From contig CAVYYI010000001.1 in assembly GCA_963772725.1 (NCBI GenBank), positions 256,001 to 320,000 of the forward strand: DNA of 64,000 bases, given 5' to 3'. Under the pieces are notes generated by a model, which searched no databases, was not told where the DNA came from, and saw nothing but the letters and a program-made list of their open reading frames with translations. The DNA comes from an uncultured Phycisphaerales bacterium. Lineage in GTDB: Bacteria > Planctomycetota > Phycisphaerae > Sedimentisphaerales > Anaerobacaceae. How positions within the stretch are numbered: position 1 is the stretch's first letter; every line of letters begins with the position of its first letter. Of the stretch, positions 40,782-52,500 are shown piece by piece. Both the position numbers and the translations under genes were made by a program.

Positions 40782-42856
40782 GATTACAGCAAATTGGTCT
40801 GATGTTGAGTATTTGTTTTGCTGGAATAGTTTTCGCCGCAACAGATAAGGCCGGCAGCGTAATAGATTTTTCTTCTTTGCCGCAAAGCGGGGTAAAAATC
40901 ATTGAGAGATTCGAGGGTGTTCCCGATAAGGACGGTATATTGGGACAGTACGAACTAATAGTGCCGGAATTTCAGCATGGGTGTTACTTCTCGGATAGAA
41001 AATCTGCGAACTCATGGTATGGCGGCGGCAATCAGATTGCACCACATGCTTTCAGTGATAATTTCGGTGAGCTTTGCGAAAAGAAATACGAATACAGGGG
41101 CGCTTTTGTGATATTAGAGCTAAAAAAAGGAGGTTATCTGGCAATTGTGCCGATGGCCGGCGCAAAAACAATGGCGTGGTTAAAAACGCCGGAGAAAAAT
41201 AAATTAACTCTTCTGTTTGGTACGCTCGGGACAAAAGGGGTTTCCTGCGATGTGCCTTTGTTAGCGTGGGCGAAATCGGATGATGTATATACAGCATGCA
41301 GGCAGGCCTGGGCAGAGGCTGTTACCTGTAAATTGATTGAGGGCAGAACAAATTTTCGATACAAAAAAGATTATCCCGAATGTTTTAAGTATTTAGGCTG
41401 GTGCACCTGGGAGGAATACAAGAAGGATATAAGCGAATCATTGTTGACTGATGCCGTAGAAAAGATTGAAAAATCCGGACTGCCTATTCGTTATATTCTA
41501 ATCGATGATGGTCATCAGACTCAGGAAAACGACAGGCTGAAAAGCTTTACTCCGGACAGGAAAAAATTTCCTAACGGTTGGGCTCCAGTGCTGAATCTTA
41601 GAAAACCGGATAAAATTCGCTGGATAGGGCTTTGGCATTCTTTCGGCGGTCTTCAGGAAACTATTCATTATGAAAATGATTTCGGCAGCTTAAATGAGCA
41701 TCTGATGAAGGTAAAAGGCTCCAAAGACAGCAACGGCCTTTTGCCGAAAAATAATCCAGAATCTTCTCAGGCTTTTTATGATGCACTTATCGGCTCGGTC
41801 AAGAAATTCGGATTTGACTTTGTAAAGATTGATTTCCAGATGAGAGACCTCGCATGGCGCCTCGGTACCGATAATGCAGTCGAGGCCTCTGCTAACTGCT
41901 CGCAGTCGCTTGAGACTGCCGTTAAGCGTGATTTTGGCTCTGCTATGATTAACTGCATGGCTCATAACTCTGTCTGTATTTTCAATACCCGTTACAGCAA
42001 TATTATGCGGTGCAGCATGGATTATAAAGTTGGTAATGCGCCAAAAGGAAGGAATCACCTCTGGCAGTCTTATGGCAACACGCCGTGGCAATGCCAGACT
42101 GTATGGAGCGACCACGATATGTTCCATTCCTGCGACCCTTATTGCGGCAGGATGATGGCTGTTTCAAAGGCAATGTCGGGCGGCCCCGTGTATATGTCAG
42201 ATGCCCCTGAAAAATTTGTTGCTGAATATATTCGTCCATTGTGTTATGGCGATGGTGAACTGCTGCGACCGCTGGCTCCCGCCGGCCCGTTACCGGAATC
42301 TATTTTTGTAAATCCGCTCAAAGAATTAGTTCCTTATCGTGTGATAGCGCCGGCTGGGACTGATTCGGCTGCCGTAGTGGTATATAATCTTTATGATTCT
42401 AATTCGGATACCGTGGTGAAAGGTTTTATCCGCCCGTCCGATTACCAGTACGCAAGCGATATGATTCAGCCATATCCCGGCAAATGGCAAATGTCCTCCG
42501 AGGGCCTGATTATTTATGACTGGTACTCCGGCAAAGCTGAAAAACTCGGTAATGAGTATTCATTTGAGCTGAAGGGATTTAGCGACCGTCTGCCTGCATT
42601 CGTGCCTGTTCGTAATGGATGGGCGGTCATCGGTCGCACCGACAAGTATCTTTCCCCGGCCGCGGTGGAAGTTACAAAAAATATCGCTTCCGAACTGACA
42701 CTTCGAATGGCTGAATCGGGCCAGCTTGCCATCTGGTGCGAAAAAGGGAAACCGTCCGCGGATGGAGTTACCTTTATAGATATGGGAAGCGGCTTATTTA
42801 AAGCAAATATCCCTGTGGGTGAACGTAACAAAATTATAACAATACATCGAATCTAA
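40778..42856 (+). CDS. GH36 raffinose synthase/Sip1-like alpha-galactosidase
   Basis: LGWCTWE, ILIDDGH, FVKIDFQ, NCMAHN, RCSMDY, SDHDMFHS, SGGPVYMSD. Confidence 0.88.
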   Translation: MRLQQIGLMLSICFAGIVFAATDKAGSVIDFSSLPQSGVKIIERFEGVPDKDGILGQYELIVPEFQHGCYFSDRKSANSWYGGGNQIAPHAFSDNFGELCEKKYEYRGAFVILELKKGGYLAIVPMAGAKTMAWLKTPEKNKLTLLFGTLGTKGVSCDVPLLAWAKSDDVYTACRQAWAEAVTCKLIEGRTNFRYKKDYPECFKYLGWCTWEEYKKDISESLLTDAVEKIEKSGLPIRYILIDDGHQTQENDRLKSFTPDRKKFPNGWAPVLNLRKPDKIRWIGLWHSFGGLQETIHYENDFGSLNEHLMKVKGSKDSNGLLPKNNPESSQAFYDALIGSVKKFGFDFVKIDFQMRDLAWRLGTDNAVEASANCSQSLETAVKRDFGSAMINCMAHNSVCIFNTRYSNIMRCSMDYKVGNAPKGRNHLWQSYGNTPWQCQTVWSDHDMFHSCDPYCGRMMAVSKAMSGGPVYMSDAPEKFVAEYIRPLCYGDGELLRPLAPAGPLPESIFVNPLKELVPYRVIAPAGTDSAAVVVYNLYDSNSDTVVKGFIRPSDYQYASDMIQPYPGKWQMSSEGLIIYDWYSGKAEKLGNEYSFELKGFSDRLPAFVPVRNGWAVIGRTDKYLSPAAVEVTKNIASELTLRMAESGQLAIWCEKGKPSADGVTFIDMGSGLFKANIPVGERNKIITIHRI

Positions 42857-42895
42857 ATTGACCAATATTATTTTTTTAACAAAAGGAGAAAACGT

Positions 42896-45232
42896 ATGCC
42901 GTCGAAACATTTTGAACATGATTTATCTGGAATTAAATATTTCATATTGTTAGCGATAACGGTTATCGCAGGGACAACTTATGGCAGCCAGTGGCAATTG
43001 TGGTATCAGCAGCCCGCCAAAGAATGGGTAGAGGCACTGCCTGTCGGCAATGGCCGGCTCGGAACAATGATATTTGGCGGTATCGAATCTGAGCGTCTTC
43101 AGTTGAATGAAAATACCGTCTGGTCCGGCGACCAGAATAATTTCGACTGTGTCGGTGCGTATAAATTTCTTCCACAGGCAAGACAACTTCTCTTTGACGG
43201 CAAATATACAGAGGCTCGAAAGCTCGTTGATAAGGAGTTTCTGGGTGAACGGCCAATGTATTATTATCAGCCCCTCGGCGATATTAATCTAAAGTTCAAG
43301 ACAAGTAAAAATGTAACTAATTATCGAAGGACTCTCGACCTTGATACCGCTGTTGCAACGGTAAGTTATTCAGACGGCGATGCGAATTTTACCCGTGAAG
43401 TTTTTGCAAGTTATCCCGGCCAGGTTATTGTTACTCATCTGACCTGCAGTAAGCCGGGTCGTATTTCTGCGGACATCAGTTTGAGTCGAATTGCCGATGC
43501 GGAATCAACTGCAATATCCGATGATACAATCGCCTTGCGGGGGCAGGTTGACCGCGGTAAATCCACAGAAGGAGTAAAATTCGAAGCACGTCTAAAAACA
43601 ATATCAGTAGGGGGGAAAATTACCAAAAGTGGAAACGGTCTTATAGTTGAAAACGCTGATGAGGTTACACTTATTTTGGCGGCAGCAACGAGTTATAATA
43701 ACAAAATCCCTGCAAGCATCTGCGAAAACCAGCTTGCTTCTGCATCAGAAAAATCGTTCAGTGATTTACAAAAAGCTCATATAACGGATTATCAGAAATT
43801 GTTCCGGCGGGTTGATATTAATCTCGGGAAAACAAATGCTGCTAATTTTCCGACAGATAAGCGTCTTGAATTGGCCCAAAAAAGCGATGGGGATGAAGCC
43901 CTTGCGGCATTGTATTTTCAGTATGGCAGGTATCTTCTTATAAGTTCGTCACGTCCTGGCTGTCTGCCTGCGAATCTTCAGGGAATATGGAATGCCGAAA
44001 TTAAACCGCCGTGGTTTTGCGGTTTTCATTTCGATATTAATTTCCAGATGAACTACTGGCCTGCAGAGGTCTGCAACCTATCTGAATGTCATCAGCCGTA
44101 CTTCGATTTGCTGGAAAAACTCCGTGTTAACGGCCGTAAAACGGCAAAGAATGTCTATAATTGCAGCGGATTCTTTACATCGCACAGAACTACGCCGGCG
44201 CTGTTCACAAGTACAATCAAGGGCCTGGATATCTGGCCGCCTTCGGTGGGATGGCTTTGTCAGGACTTTTGGGAGCATTACCAGTTTACCGGTGATAGGG
44301 AATTTCTCCAAAAGCATGCCTATCCTGTACTGAAAGAAGCCGCCGAATTTTATCTCGACTGGCTTGTTGAAAATCCAAAGACTGGAAAGCTTGTCAGCGG
44401 CCCATCGATTTCGCCCGAGAACCAGTTCTTTATACCTGGCACTAATACAAAAACGGGTTTATCAATGGGACCGGCTATGGACCAGGAAATTATCTGGGAT
44501 TTGTTCACTAATACTCTGGAGGCTGCAGAGGTTCTTGGTATCCAGGATAATTTTGTAAAAGAAGTACAATCTGCACGCGAGCGTCTTGCCGGGCCGCAAA
44601 TAGGTTCCGACGGTCGATTACTTGAATGGGCTGAGGAATTTAAGGAAACAGAGCCGGGGCACAGGCATTTATCTCATCTTTTCGCTGTATATCCCGGCAG
44701 ACAAATAACACCGGATGGAACACCGGAACTGACCGCAGCCGCTCGTAAATCTTTGGAATACAGACTTGATTCCGGTAGCGGAAAGCACGGCTGGAGCAGG
44801 GCATGGGTCATAAATCTTTGGGCAAGATTAAAACAAGGTGACAAAGCCCGTGAAAGCATTTACGGCCTGTTTCGTCTGTCAACATATCCAAATCTTTTTG
44901 ACGGATGCTGGCATATAAACAGTAATGTTTTTCAGATTGACGGCAATTTTGGTGGCACAGCCGGCATCGCGGAAATGCTCCTGCAAAGCCATGCCGGAGA
45001 AATCAACTTGCTGCCTGCACTTCCAAAGCAATGGACCACCGGATATGTCAATGGCCTGCGGGCACGAGGCGGCTTTGAGGTGGATATATACTGGAAAAAT
45101 GGCAAACTCGATAAAGCCAATATTAAATCGATAATTGGTGGGCATTGTAAAGTTAAGTATGGCGCGAAAATAATGGAGTTTGAAACTGAGAGAGGAAAAA
45201 GTTATATGCTCGATAGCGATATGAAACTTTAA
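42896..45232 (+). CDS. GH95, copy 2
   Basis: [34 protein letters not shown]. Confidence 0.92.
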   Translation: MPSKHFEHDLSGIKYFILLAITVIAGTTYGSQWQLWYQQPAKEWVEALPVGNGRLGTMIFGGIESERLQLNENTVWSGDQNNFDCVGAYKFLPQARQLLFDGKYTEARKLVDKEFLGERPMYYYQPLGDINLKFKTSKNVTNYRRTLDLDTAVATVSYSDGDANFTREVFASYPGQVIVTHLTCSKPGRISADISLSRIADAESTAISDDTIALRGQVDRGKSTEGVKFEARLKTISVGGKITKSGNGLIVENADEVTLILAAATSYNNKIPASICENQLASASEKSFSDLQKAHITDYQKLFRRVDINLGKTNAANFPTDKRLELAQKSDGDEALAALYFQYGRYLLISSSRPGCLPANLQGIWNAEIKPPWFCGFHFDINFQMNYWPAEVCNLSECHQPYFDLLEKLRVNGRKTAKNVYNCSGFFTSHRTTPALFTSTIKGLDIWPPSVGWLCQDFWEHYQFTGDREFLQKHAYPVLKEAAEFYLDWLVENPKTGKLVSGPSISPENQFFIPGTNTKTGLSMGPAMDQEIIWDLFTNTLEAAEVLGIQDNFVKEVQSARERLAGPQIGSDGRLLEWAEEFKETEPGHRHLSHLFAVYPGRQITPDGTPELTAAARKSLEYRLDSGSGKHGWSRAWVINLWARLKQGDKARESIYGLFRLSTYPNLFDGCWHINSNVFQIDGNFGGTAGIAEMLLQSHAGEINLLPALPKQWTTGYVNGLRARGGFEVDIYWKNGKLDKANIKSIIGGHCKVKYGAKIMEFETERGKSYMLDSDMKL

Positions 45233-45255
45233 TTTTTAAAATTTAGAAAACAAAT

Positions 45256-47604
45256 ATGGGAAAAAAGATTCAGTTTTGGCAAAAGGTAATTTTGTTTCTA
45301 TTGGTTTGTGCGGTCGTCCAGTTTGCGCGAGCGGCCGAGATTTCCAATAAAAACAAGCTCTGGTCTCTTCACCCTGCCCAGGACTGGTTTGATGCAATGC
45401 CAATTGGTAATGGGCGATTAGGAGCGATGGTTTATGGGGCGGCTAAAACAGAACATCTTAAATTAAATGAGGATACGATGTGGTCTGGAAATCGTGTCGA
45501 TTTCGACAGGCCCGGAGCATATAAGTATCTCGATGAGGTAAGAAAGCTTGCCTTTGAGGGGAAATATAACGAGGCTGCGAAAATCATCGATGCGCATTTC
45601 CTGGGCGAAACACCTAAATATTACTATCAGCCGCTGGGGGATTTATATCTCGATATTTATGGCAAAGGGAAGATATCAAATTATCAGCGTGAGCTGAATC
45701 TTGAGACAGCAATAGCGCTAGTAACTTATAAAGATGGTGATGCCGTATTTAAGAGGGAGGTCTTTTCGAGTGCGCCTGACCAGGTTATTGTAATTCAATT
45801 GTCGTGTGATAAGATGGGAAAGGTGTCTTTTGAGGCAAGGCTCGAGAGAGAAATCGATGCGAGTAGTCAGGCTGTAGCTGATGATTGTATTGTATTAAAT
45901 GGACAGATTGACAAAGGCAAGGAAACTGAAAGCTATCGGTATGAAACGCGTCTAAAGGTTATTCGGCAAGGGGGAAGCATTACAAAGGCAGGGAAAACAC
46001 TGAAAGTTAAAAACGCTGATTCTGTAACAATATTGCTTGCTGCGGCGACAAGCTACAGGGGAGGCAACCCATCTGCTATTTGCGAGAAACAGTTGGAACA
46101 GGCGTCAAAAAAAACTTATGTCGAACTTCGTGATGCACATGTTAAAGATTACCAGAGATTATTTAACAGGGTAGAAATCGACCTTGGACGAAGTTTACTT
46201 GAGAATCGACCAATCGACGAACGGATAAGTTCGGTGAAGAGCGGTTATGCGGATCCGCAACTGGTGAGTCTCTTGTTTCAATTCGGCAGGTATTTATTGA
46301 TAAGTTCATCGAGGCAAGGGACGATGCCGGCGAATCTTCAGGGTATATGGAATGACAGTTTTTCTCCGCCGTGGTATGGTGGATTTCATTTTGATATAAA
46401 TGTGCAGATGAATTACTGGCTGGCTGAACTTTGTAATCTTCCGGAATGTCATGAGCCTCTTTTTGACCTTATTGAAAATGTTCGTAAAAATGGTAAGAAA
46501 ACTGCCAGAGATGTTTTTAACAGCAGGGGATTTGTCTGTGGCCATAGGACGACGATAGTATGGTTTTCAAGTTTTATCAAGGGGCTTGCGCTCTGGCCGA
46601 CAGGTTCAGGGTGGCTTTGTCAGCATCTCTGGGAACATTATCAGTTTACTCAGGATAAACAATATTTGGCAGCAAAAGCTTATCCGATAATGAAAGATGC
46701 GGCAGAATTCTTTTTGGACTGGTTGGTGGTGAATCCCAAAACTGGGGAACTGGTGAGTGTTCCGTCATATGAGCCGGAAAATATGTTTGTTTTGCCGGAC
46801 GGTTCTGGGTATGGAGGGCTTTGTGTTGCCTCAGCGATGGACCAGCAGATTATCTGGGACCTCTTTACGAACTGTATTGACGCGGCAAAAGAACTTGGTA
46901 TAGATGATGAATTTGTTAAAGAGGTCAAAATTGCTCGAACTAAATTAGCTTGGCCTAAGATAAGCTCTGGAGGTTTGCTTATGGAATGGAGCGAAGATTT
47001 TGCAGAGCGTCAGCCTGGCCGTGGACATTTTAACGGTCTTTTCGGTCTATACCCAGGAAAACAAATAACACTTGAGGATACACCTGTGTATGCGGCGGCA
47101 GCACAAAAATCACTTGAGAGAAGGATTGGTTACGGTGGGGCTAGCGGAGGCTGGCCGGCGGCATGGACCGTAAATCTATGGGCAAGATTGTATAATGGAA
47201 ACAGGGCTTTTGAAGGAATTAAAGCTATATTAAAGTCGCTCAAGTCTCCCAATTTGATGCCTTCCGGCATACGGGCTTCGACAGGAAAGCACATATACCA
47301 GATTGATGGCAATCTTGGAGTAACAGCCGGTATTGCTGAAATGCTGCTGCAAAGTCATACTGACCAGATACATCTTTTACCTGCACTGCCTGAAGCGATA
47401 TGGCCAAAAGGATATGTTAAGGGATTGAAAGCACGCGGTGGTTTTGAGGTGGATATGTACTGGCAAGGCGGCAAACTCACCAAAGCCAAAATCAAGTCGT
47501 TGACCGGCAACGACTGTAAGGTCCGTTACGGCGACAAGGCAGTTGAATTCAAGACCAAGCCGGGCGTTAGTTATGATATTGACGGTAATCTTAAGGTTAT
47601 TTAA
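45256..47604 (+). CDS. GH95, copy 3
   Basis: [35 protein letters not shown]. Confidence 0.92.
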   Translation: MGKKIQFWQKVILFLLVCAVVQFARAAEISNKNKLWSLHPAQDWFDAMPIGNGRLGAMVYGAAKTEHLKLNEDTMWSGNRVDFDRPGAYKYLDEVRKLAFEGKYNEAAKIIDAHFLGETPKYYYQPLGDLYLDIYGKGKISNYQRELNLETAIALVTYKDGDAVFKREVFSSAPDQVIVIQLSCDKMGKVSFEARLEREIDASSQAVADDCIVLNGQIDKGKETESYRYETRLKVIRQGGSITKAGKTLKVKNADSVTILLAAATSYRGGNPSAICEKQLEQASKKTYVELRDAHVKDYQRLFNRVEIDLGRSLLENRPIDERISSVKSGYADPQLVSLLFQFGRYLLISSSRQGTMPANLQGIWNDSFSPPWYGGFHFDINVQMNYWLAELCNLPECHEPLFDLIENVRKNGKKTARDVFNSRGFVCGHRTTIVWFSSFIKGLALWPTGSGWLCQHLWEHYQFTQDKQYLAAKAYPIMKDAAEFFLDWLVVNPKTGELVSVPSYEPENMFVLPDGSGYGGLCVASAMDQQIIWDLFTNCIDAAKELGIDDEFVKEVKIARTKLAWPKISSGGLLMEWSEDFAERQPGRGHFNGLFGLYPGKQITLEDTPVYAAAAQKSLERRIGYGGASGGWPAAWTVNLWARLYNGNRAFEGIKAILKSLKSPNLMPSGIRASTGKHIYQIDGNLGVTAGIAEMLLQSHTDQIHLLPALPEAIWPKGYVKGLKARGGFEVDMYWQGGKLTKAKIKSLTGNDCKVRYGDKAVEFKTKPGVSYDIDGNLKVI

Positions 47605-47629
47605 AGGTTCCACTAAGGTTTGGAAAGGA

Positions 47630-50121
47630 TTGGAAAATAATAGCAAGAGAAAAAAAGTCAGCGTTATCGAAAGTAATTATCTGGAGTGTTGTTTGCTTTT
47701 TGACCGTGTTAGAAAAACCGGGATTTGGCGGGGAGCAGAAATTGTGGTATATGCAGCCGGCCGAAAAATGGGAAGAGGCGCTGCCCGTAGGCAATGGCAG
47801 ACTCGGAGCAATGATATTCGGCGGATTGTACAGAGAAAGAATCCAGCTAAACGAGAATAGCATTTGGTCAGGATATGCCAGGGGCAGAATGGTTAGCCCT
47901 TTAGAAGGTGAACTGCTTCGACAAAAAAGAGATCTTTTATTCAAGGGGAAATATACTGAAGCGGAAAACCTTACTCTTAGTGATATAAAAAATATGAGGA
48001 AAAAGCCGCTGCCGGAAAGCGTGATGGTTAAAGGATTGACGGATAACGCGTCAGTCTATGAAACATTAGGCAATTTGTATCTGGATTTTGGTGTGTCGAA
48101 TGACCTTGAAACAGGTTACCGAAGAGAACTCGACCTTAATACCGCTATTGCCACTACGACTTATAAGGTAAATGATGCGGTTTATACTCGTGAGGTTTTT
48201 TGCAGTTATCCTGCTCAGGTGGTGGTAGTTCGAATAAGCTGCAATAAGAAAAATAAAATTTCCTTCAATGCTATGTTACAAAGACCGGTCGATATATTAG
48301 CTAACGATGAACCGTGGAGTTGGGCTCATAGCAGATTAAAAAATGAAAAATCCCCTCAAGCAATCCCGGTAAAAATCGAGACGGTCGGCAAAGACGGTTT
48401 AAAGATGGACGGGCAAGCGACGGGCAATGGTGCCAAATTCGAATGTCTTCTTAAGGTTATAACTGAAGGTGGTAAAATAAAAACCAAATCCCAGCGAGTT
48501 TACGTCGATGGTGCGGATGCTGTTACGCTGTTGCTCTCAGCTGTTACAAACTATCACAAAGGTGAAAATTGGCAGGATGATGGTAAGAAGTATATTGAGG
48601 CCACCTCGAAGAAAGCGTATGAGAAACTCAAGGAAGCGCATATTGCTGATTACCAGCGGTTTTTCAATCGGGTAGATATTGATTTGGGCAGCACTTTTAA
48701 CGCATCGCTTCCTACTGATGAACGGCTCAGGGCTTTACAATTAGATGTGATAGACCCTCGCGGAGCTAAAGGCCTTGTTGACCGTGACCCTTCTTTATTT
48801 GCGTTGTATTTCCAATTTGGAAGATATCTGACCATTTCAACATCACGCCCGGGTGCATTGCCGCCGGGGCTTATGTTTTGGAACCCAAGTTTATTTCCAT
48901 ACGCATTTGGTACATATTATACCGATATCAATATCGAGATGAATTACTGGCCGACTGAAGTGGCAAATCTTTCAGAACTGCATACTCCCTTGTTCGATCT
49001 GAGTGAGAGCTTCCTCGAACGCAGCAAGGCAATCAGCACGCTATGCCTATGGAACAAGGGGAGCTGTTTTTCATGGATTGACAATATGGGGCCCGAAAAC
49101 ATCTTCAGGGGCATGGCAGGAGTTGGGGGGCTGGCTGGCACATCATTTCTGGGAGCATTATGCTTTTACCCAGGATAAGGAATTTCTTGAAAAGCATGCG
49201 TACCCGTTTATAAAAGATATAGCTCTGTTCTATCTTGATTTTCTTGCCGAGCATCCTGAAAAGGGCTGGCTTGTTACTGGTCCGACCTATTCACCTGAGA
49301 ATCTTTTTATTGCGCCTGATGGCAATCGGGGGCACGTAGATGTTGGTGTTACTATGAGCAATGCCATTATCCGTGAGGTATTCGGGAATTTTGTTGAAGC
49401 GAGTAAAATTCTAAATAAAGATGAGGCTATACGAGCAGAAATTGAGTCAAAATTACCTCGCCTTGCGCCTTACCAAATAGGTAAATACGGTCAGTTACAG
49501 GAATGGATAAATGATTACAATGAGTATGAACCTTCGCATCGTCATCTCTCGCCTTTGTATCCCCTGTATCCGGGCAGCCAGATTACACCGGAAAAAACGC
49601 CCGAACTCGCAAAGGCCGCGGAAGCTTTGGTCAAACGAAGAATTGCTTACGGCAGCGGTTGGCCCGGCTGGAGCAGGGCATGGTTGGTGAATCTCGCTGC
49701 AAGGCTCGAAGACGGTGAACTTGCCCATAAGCAGGTAACCCTCTTGCTGCAGGATAACACTTTACCAAATCTATTTGACACTCACCCCCAGCATGGTGCT
49801 AACACTTTTGTTTTTCAAATTGAAGGAAATTTCGGCGGCACTGCAGGCATAGCTGAGATGCTGCTGCAAAGTCATACCGGTGAAATTAACTTGTTACCGG
49901 CGCTTCCTAAAGAATGGCCTTCTGGATTTGTCAAAGGTCTGCGGGCACGAGGCGGCTTCGAAGTAGATATTTGCTGGAAAAATGGTAAACTTTCTAACGC
50001 CAAGGTCAAGTCAACTGTCGGAGGTGTGTGTAAAGTTCGGTATGGCGAAAATGTAATCGAGTTTAAGTCTGAGCCGGGTAAGAGCTATGAGCTGAACGAT
50101 AAACTTGAAAAACAGGAATAG
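47630..50121 (+). CDS. GH95, copy 4 (frameshift at ~49030; start uncertain)
   Basis: ORFs 47700-49178 and 49003-50121 join by removing one base ([12 protein letters not shown]). The signal-like segment [14 protein letters not shown] lies upstream of 47700 in frame, so the true start is probably ~47630-47640. YYTDIN, SPEN, FQIEGN. Confidence 0.82.
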
Positions 50122-50125
50122 AACA

Positions 50126-52477
50126 GTGTTATCAAAAAAGAAAAAACTTAGTTTTCTAACCGCATTAGTATTATTTTTTTTGATTTATACGCAGGTCATA
50201 CCGCCTGCGGCGATTGCCGGTGATTTGAAGATTTGGATGCGCCAGCCGGCTGATGATCGGACAAAGGCTTTGCCGATAGGTAACGGCAGGCTCGGAGCAA
50301 TGGTATTCGGCGGTATCCGGCAGGAACATCTTTCGTTAAATGACGACACAATGTGGTCGGGTCGGTCCAGATTTTATGGTAAACTCGGAGCCTACAAATA
50401 CTTTCCTGAGGTCAGAAGACTTTTATTTGAGGGCAGGTTCATTGAAGCAGAAACGATAACGGATGAAAAAATTCTGGGCGAACGGCCAATGAACAGCTAT
50501 CAAGTCCTTGGTGATCTTTTTCTGAATTTCGAGGCGGACTCGCACGTCTCTGATTATACCAGAGAGCTTGATATTGAAAAATCGCTTGTAACAGTAAGCT
50601 ATCGTGTGGGCGATGCTGTATTCAAAAGAGAAATTTTTTCTAGTAATCCTGACCAGGTAATCGTTATTCGGCTCTCATGCAATAAACCAGGCAGGATTAA
50701 TTTTCAGGCACAGATGAGCCGAATAGCCGATGCAGAAGCCCAAGCCATTGCCTCAGACTATATGGTGCTCACCGGCCAGGTGGACAAAGCTAAATCCACC
50801 GAAGGTGTAAAATTCCAGGTGCATTTAAAGGTGATTGCTGATGGCGGTAAGGTAGAGGCAGCAGGAAAAGGTTTGAAGGTCGTTTGCGCTGACGCGGTCA
50901 CATTGCTTCTGGCATCTGCAACAAGTTACAGGCACAAAAATCCGCAAGAAGTATGCAGACAGCAAATTGAAGATGCAGCAAAGAAATCTTACCGGCAGCT
51001 TCTTGAAAGACACATAGAGGATTATCAAAATCTATTTAAGCGTGTCGAGATAAATTTTGGCGCGAGCCAGTCAACATCCCTTCCAACTGATCAACGACAA
51101 ATGATGTTTGCTGAAGGTGAATATGACCCGCAGTTATTGGAAATTTATTATCAATACGGAAGGTATCTGCTGATAAGTTCATCGAGGCCTGGCACTATGC
51201 CGGCGAATCTTGTAGGTATTTGGACAGACCAGTTGGCTCCAGCCTGGTTCGGAGGCTACCACTTTAATATGTATGATATACAGCGAAATTACTGGCCTGC
51301 TGAAGTGACGGGGCTGCCTGAATGCATGGAGCCTCTTTTCGATTTGATTGAAAATCTCCGCAAAGATGGCCATATAACCGCTCACGAAGTTTATAATTGC
51401 CGTGGATGGACCGCTGCCCATAGAACCGACGGCTGGTGGTTCACGAGTCCTGTCCATGGTCTGACTATCTGGCCGACGGGAGGGGCGCTTCTTTGTTGAG
51501 ATTTATGGGAACATTACCTTTACTCGGGCGATAGGAAATTTTTGGCAGAACGTGCTTGGCCAACAATGAAAGAAGCCGCTGAATTTCATCTCGACTGGCT
51601 TGTCGAAAATCCCAAAACAGGCAAACTGGTAAGCGGTCCATCCCATTCACCTGAAAACCAGTTCATCACTCCAGATGGCCAAAAGGCTTCGTTAATTATG
51701 GGTCCCGCAATGGACCAACAGATAATCTGGGAACTTTTCACAAACTGCCTTGAAGCCGCAAAAATTCTTGGTATCGAAGATAATTTTATCAAAGAAGTTA
51801 GAGATAAACGCAGTCGAATGGATAGAGGCTTAAACATCGGTTCGGATGGTCGGCTGATGGAATGGCCGGAGGAATATAAAGAAACCGAAATTCATCACAG
51901 GCATATCTCGCATCTATTTGCCCTGCACCCAAGCTATCAAATTATGCCGCGCGAGAATCCCAAGTTGGCAGCGGCCGCCCGGAAATCAATTGAAGTTCGC
52001 GGTAACAGTATAGAGCTTGACGGAAAGCTCATTGAGTGGGGAGGATCAATCAAATGCAGCTTGTTGGCTAGACTACAGGAAGCTGAAAAGGCTCACAATT
52101 CGCTGCTGGTATCGCTAAGAAATAACATCCCCGCCAATCTTCTTTCTATCCACCCGCGACAGAATAGTTTCTTTTTTGTGGCGGCGGATACTCCGGGCAA
52201 CACAGCAGCAATGACAGAAATGCTTCTGCAAAGCCATGCCGGCGAAATCAGTTTGCTGCCTGCTCTTCCGAAAGAATGGGTCAGAGGGTACGTCAAAGGC
52301 CTGCGAGCACGCGGCGGCTTCGAAGTGGCTATTTACTGGAAAAATGGCAAGCTCGATAAAGCCAATATCAAATCCTTAATTGGTGGACATTGTAAAGTTA
52401 GATATGGTGCGAAGGCCATGGAATTTGAAACTGAAAAAGGCAAAAGTTATATACTTGATAGCGATTTGAAGCTTTAA
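50126..52477 (+). pseudogene. GH95, copy 5, interrupted by in-frame TGA at 51497-51499
   Basis: GTG 50126 after AGGA; ORFs 50105-51499 and 51542-52477 are in the same frame; LC*DLWEHY aligns with [18 protein letters not shown] of paralogs. Confidence 0.8.
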
Positions 52478-52500
52478 TGTTTAAAATTGAAGAAATGATT

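Noticed and set aside
51497..51499. Selenocysteine or UGA=Trp/Gly recoding
   Set aside because: Aligned residue in paralogs is Gln/Arg/Ser, not Cys; TGA serves as a normal stop elsewhere
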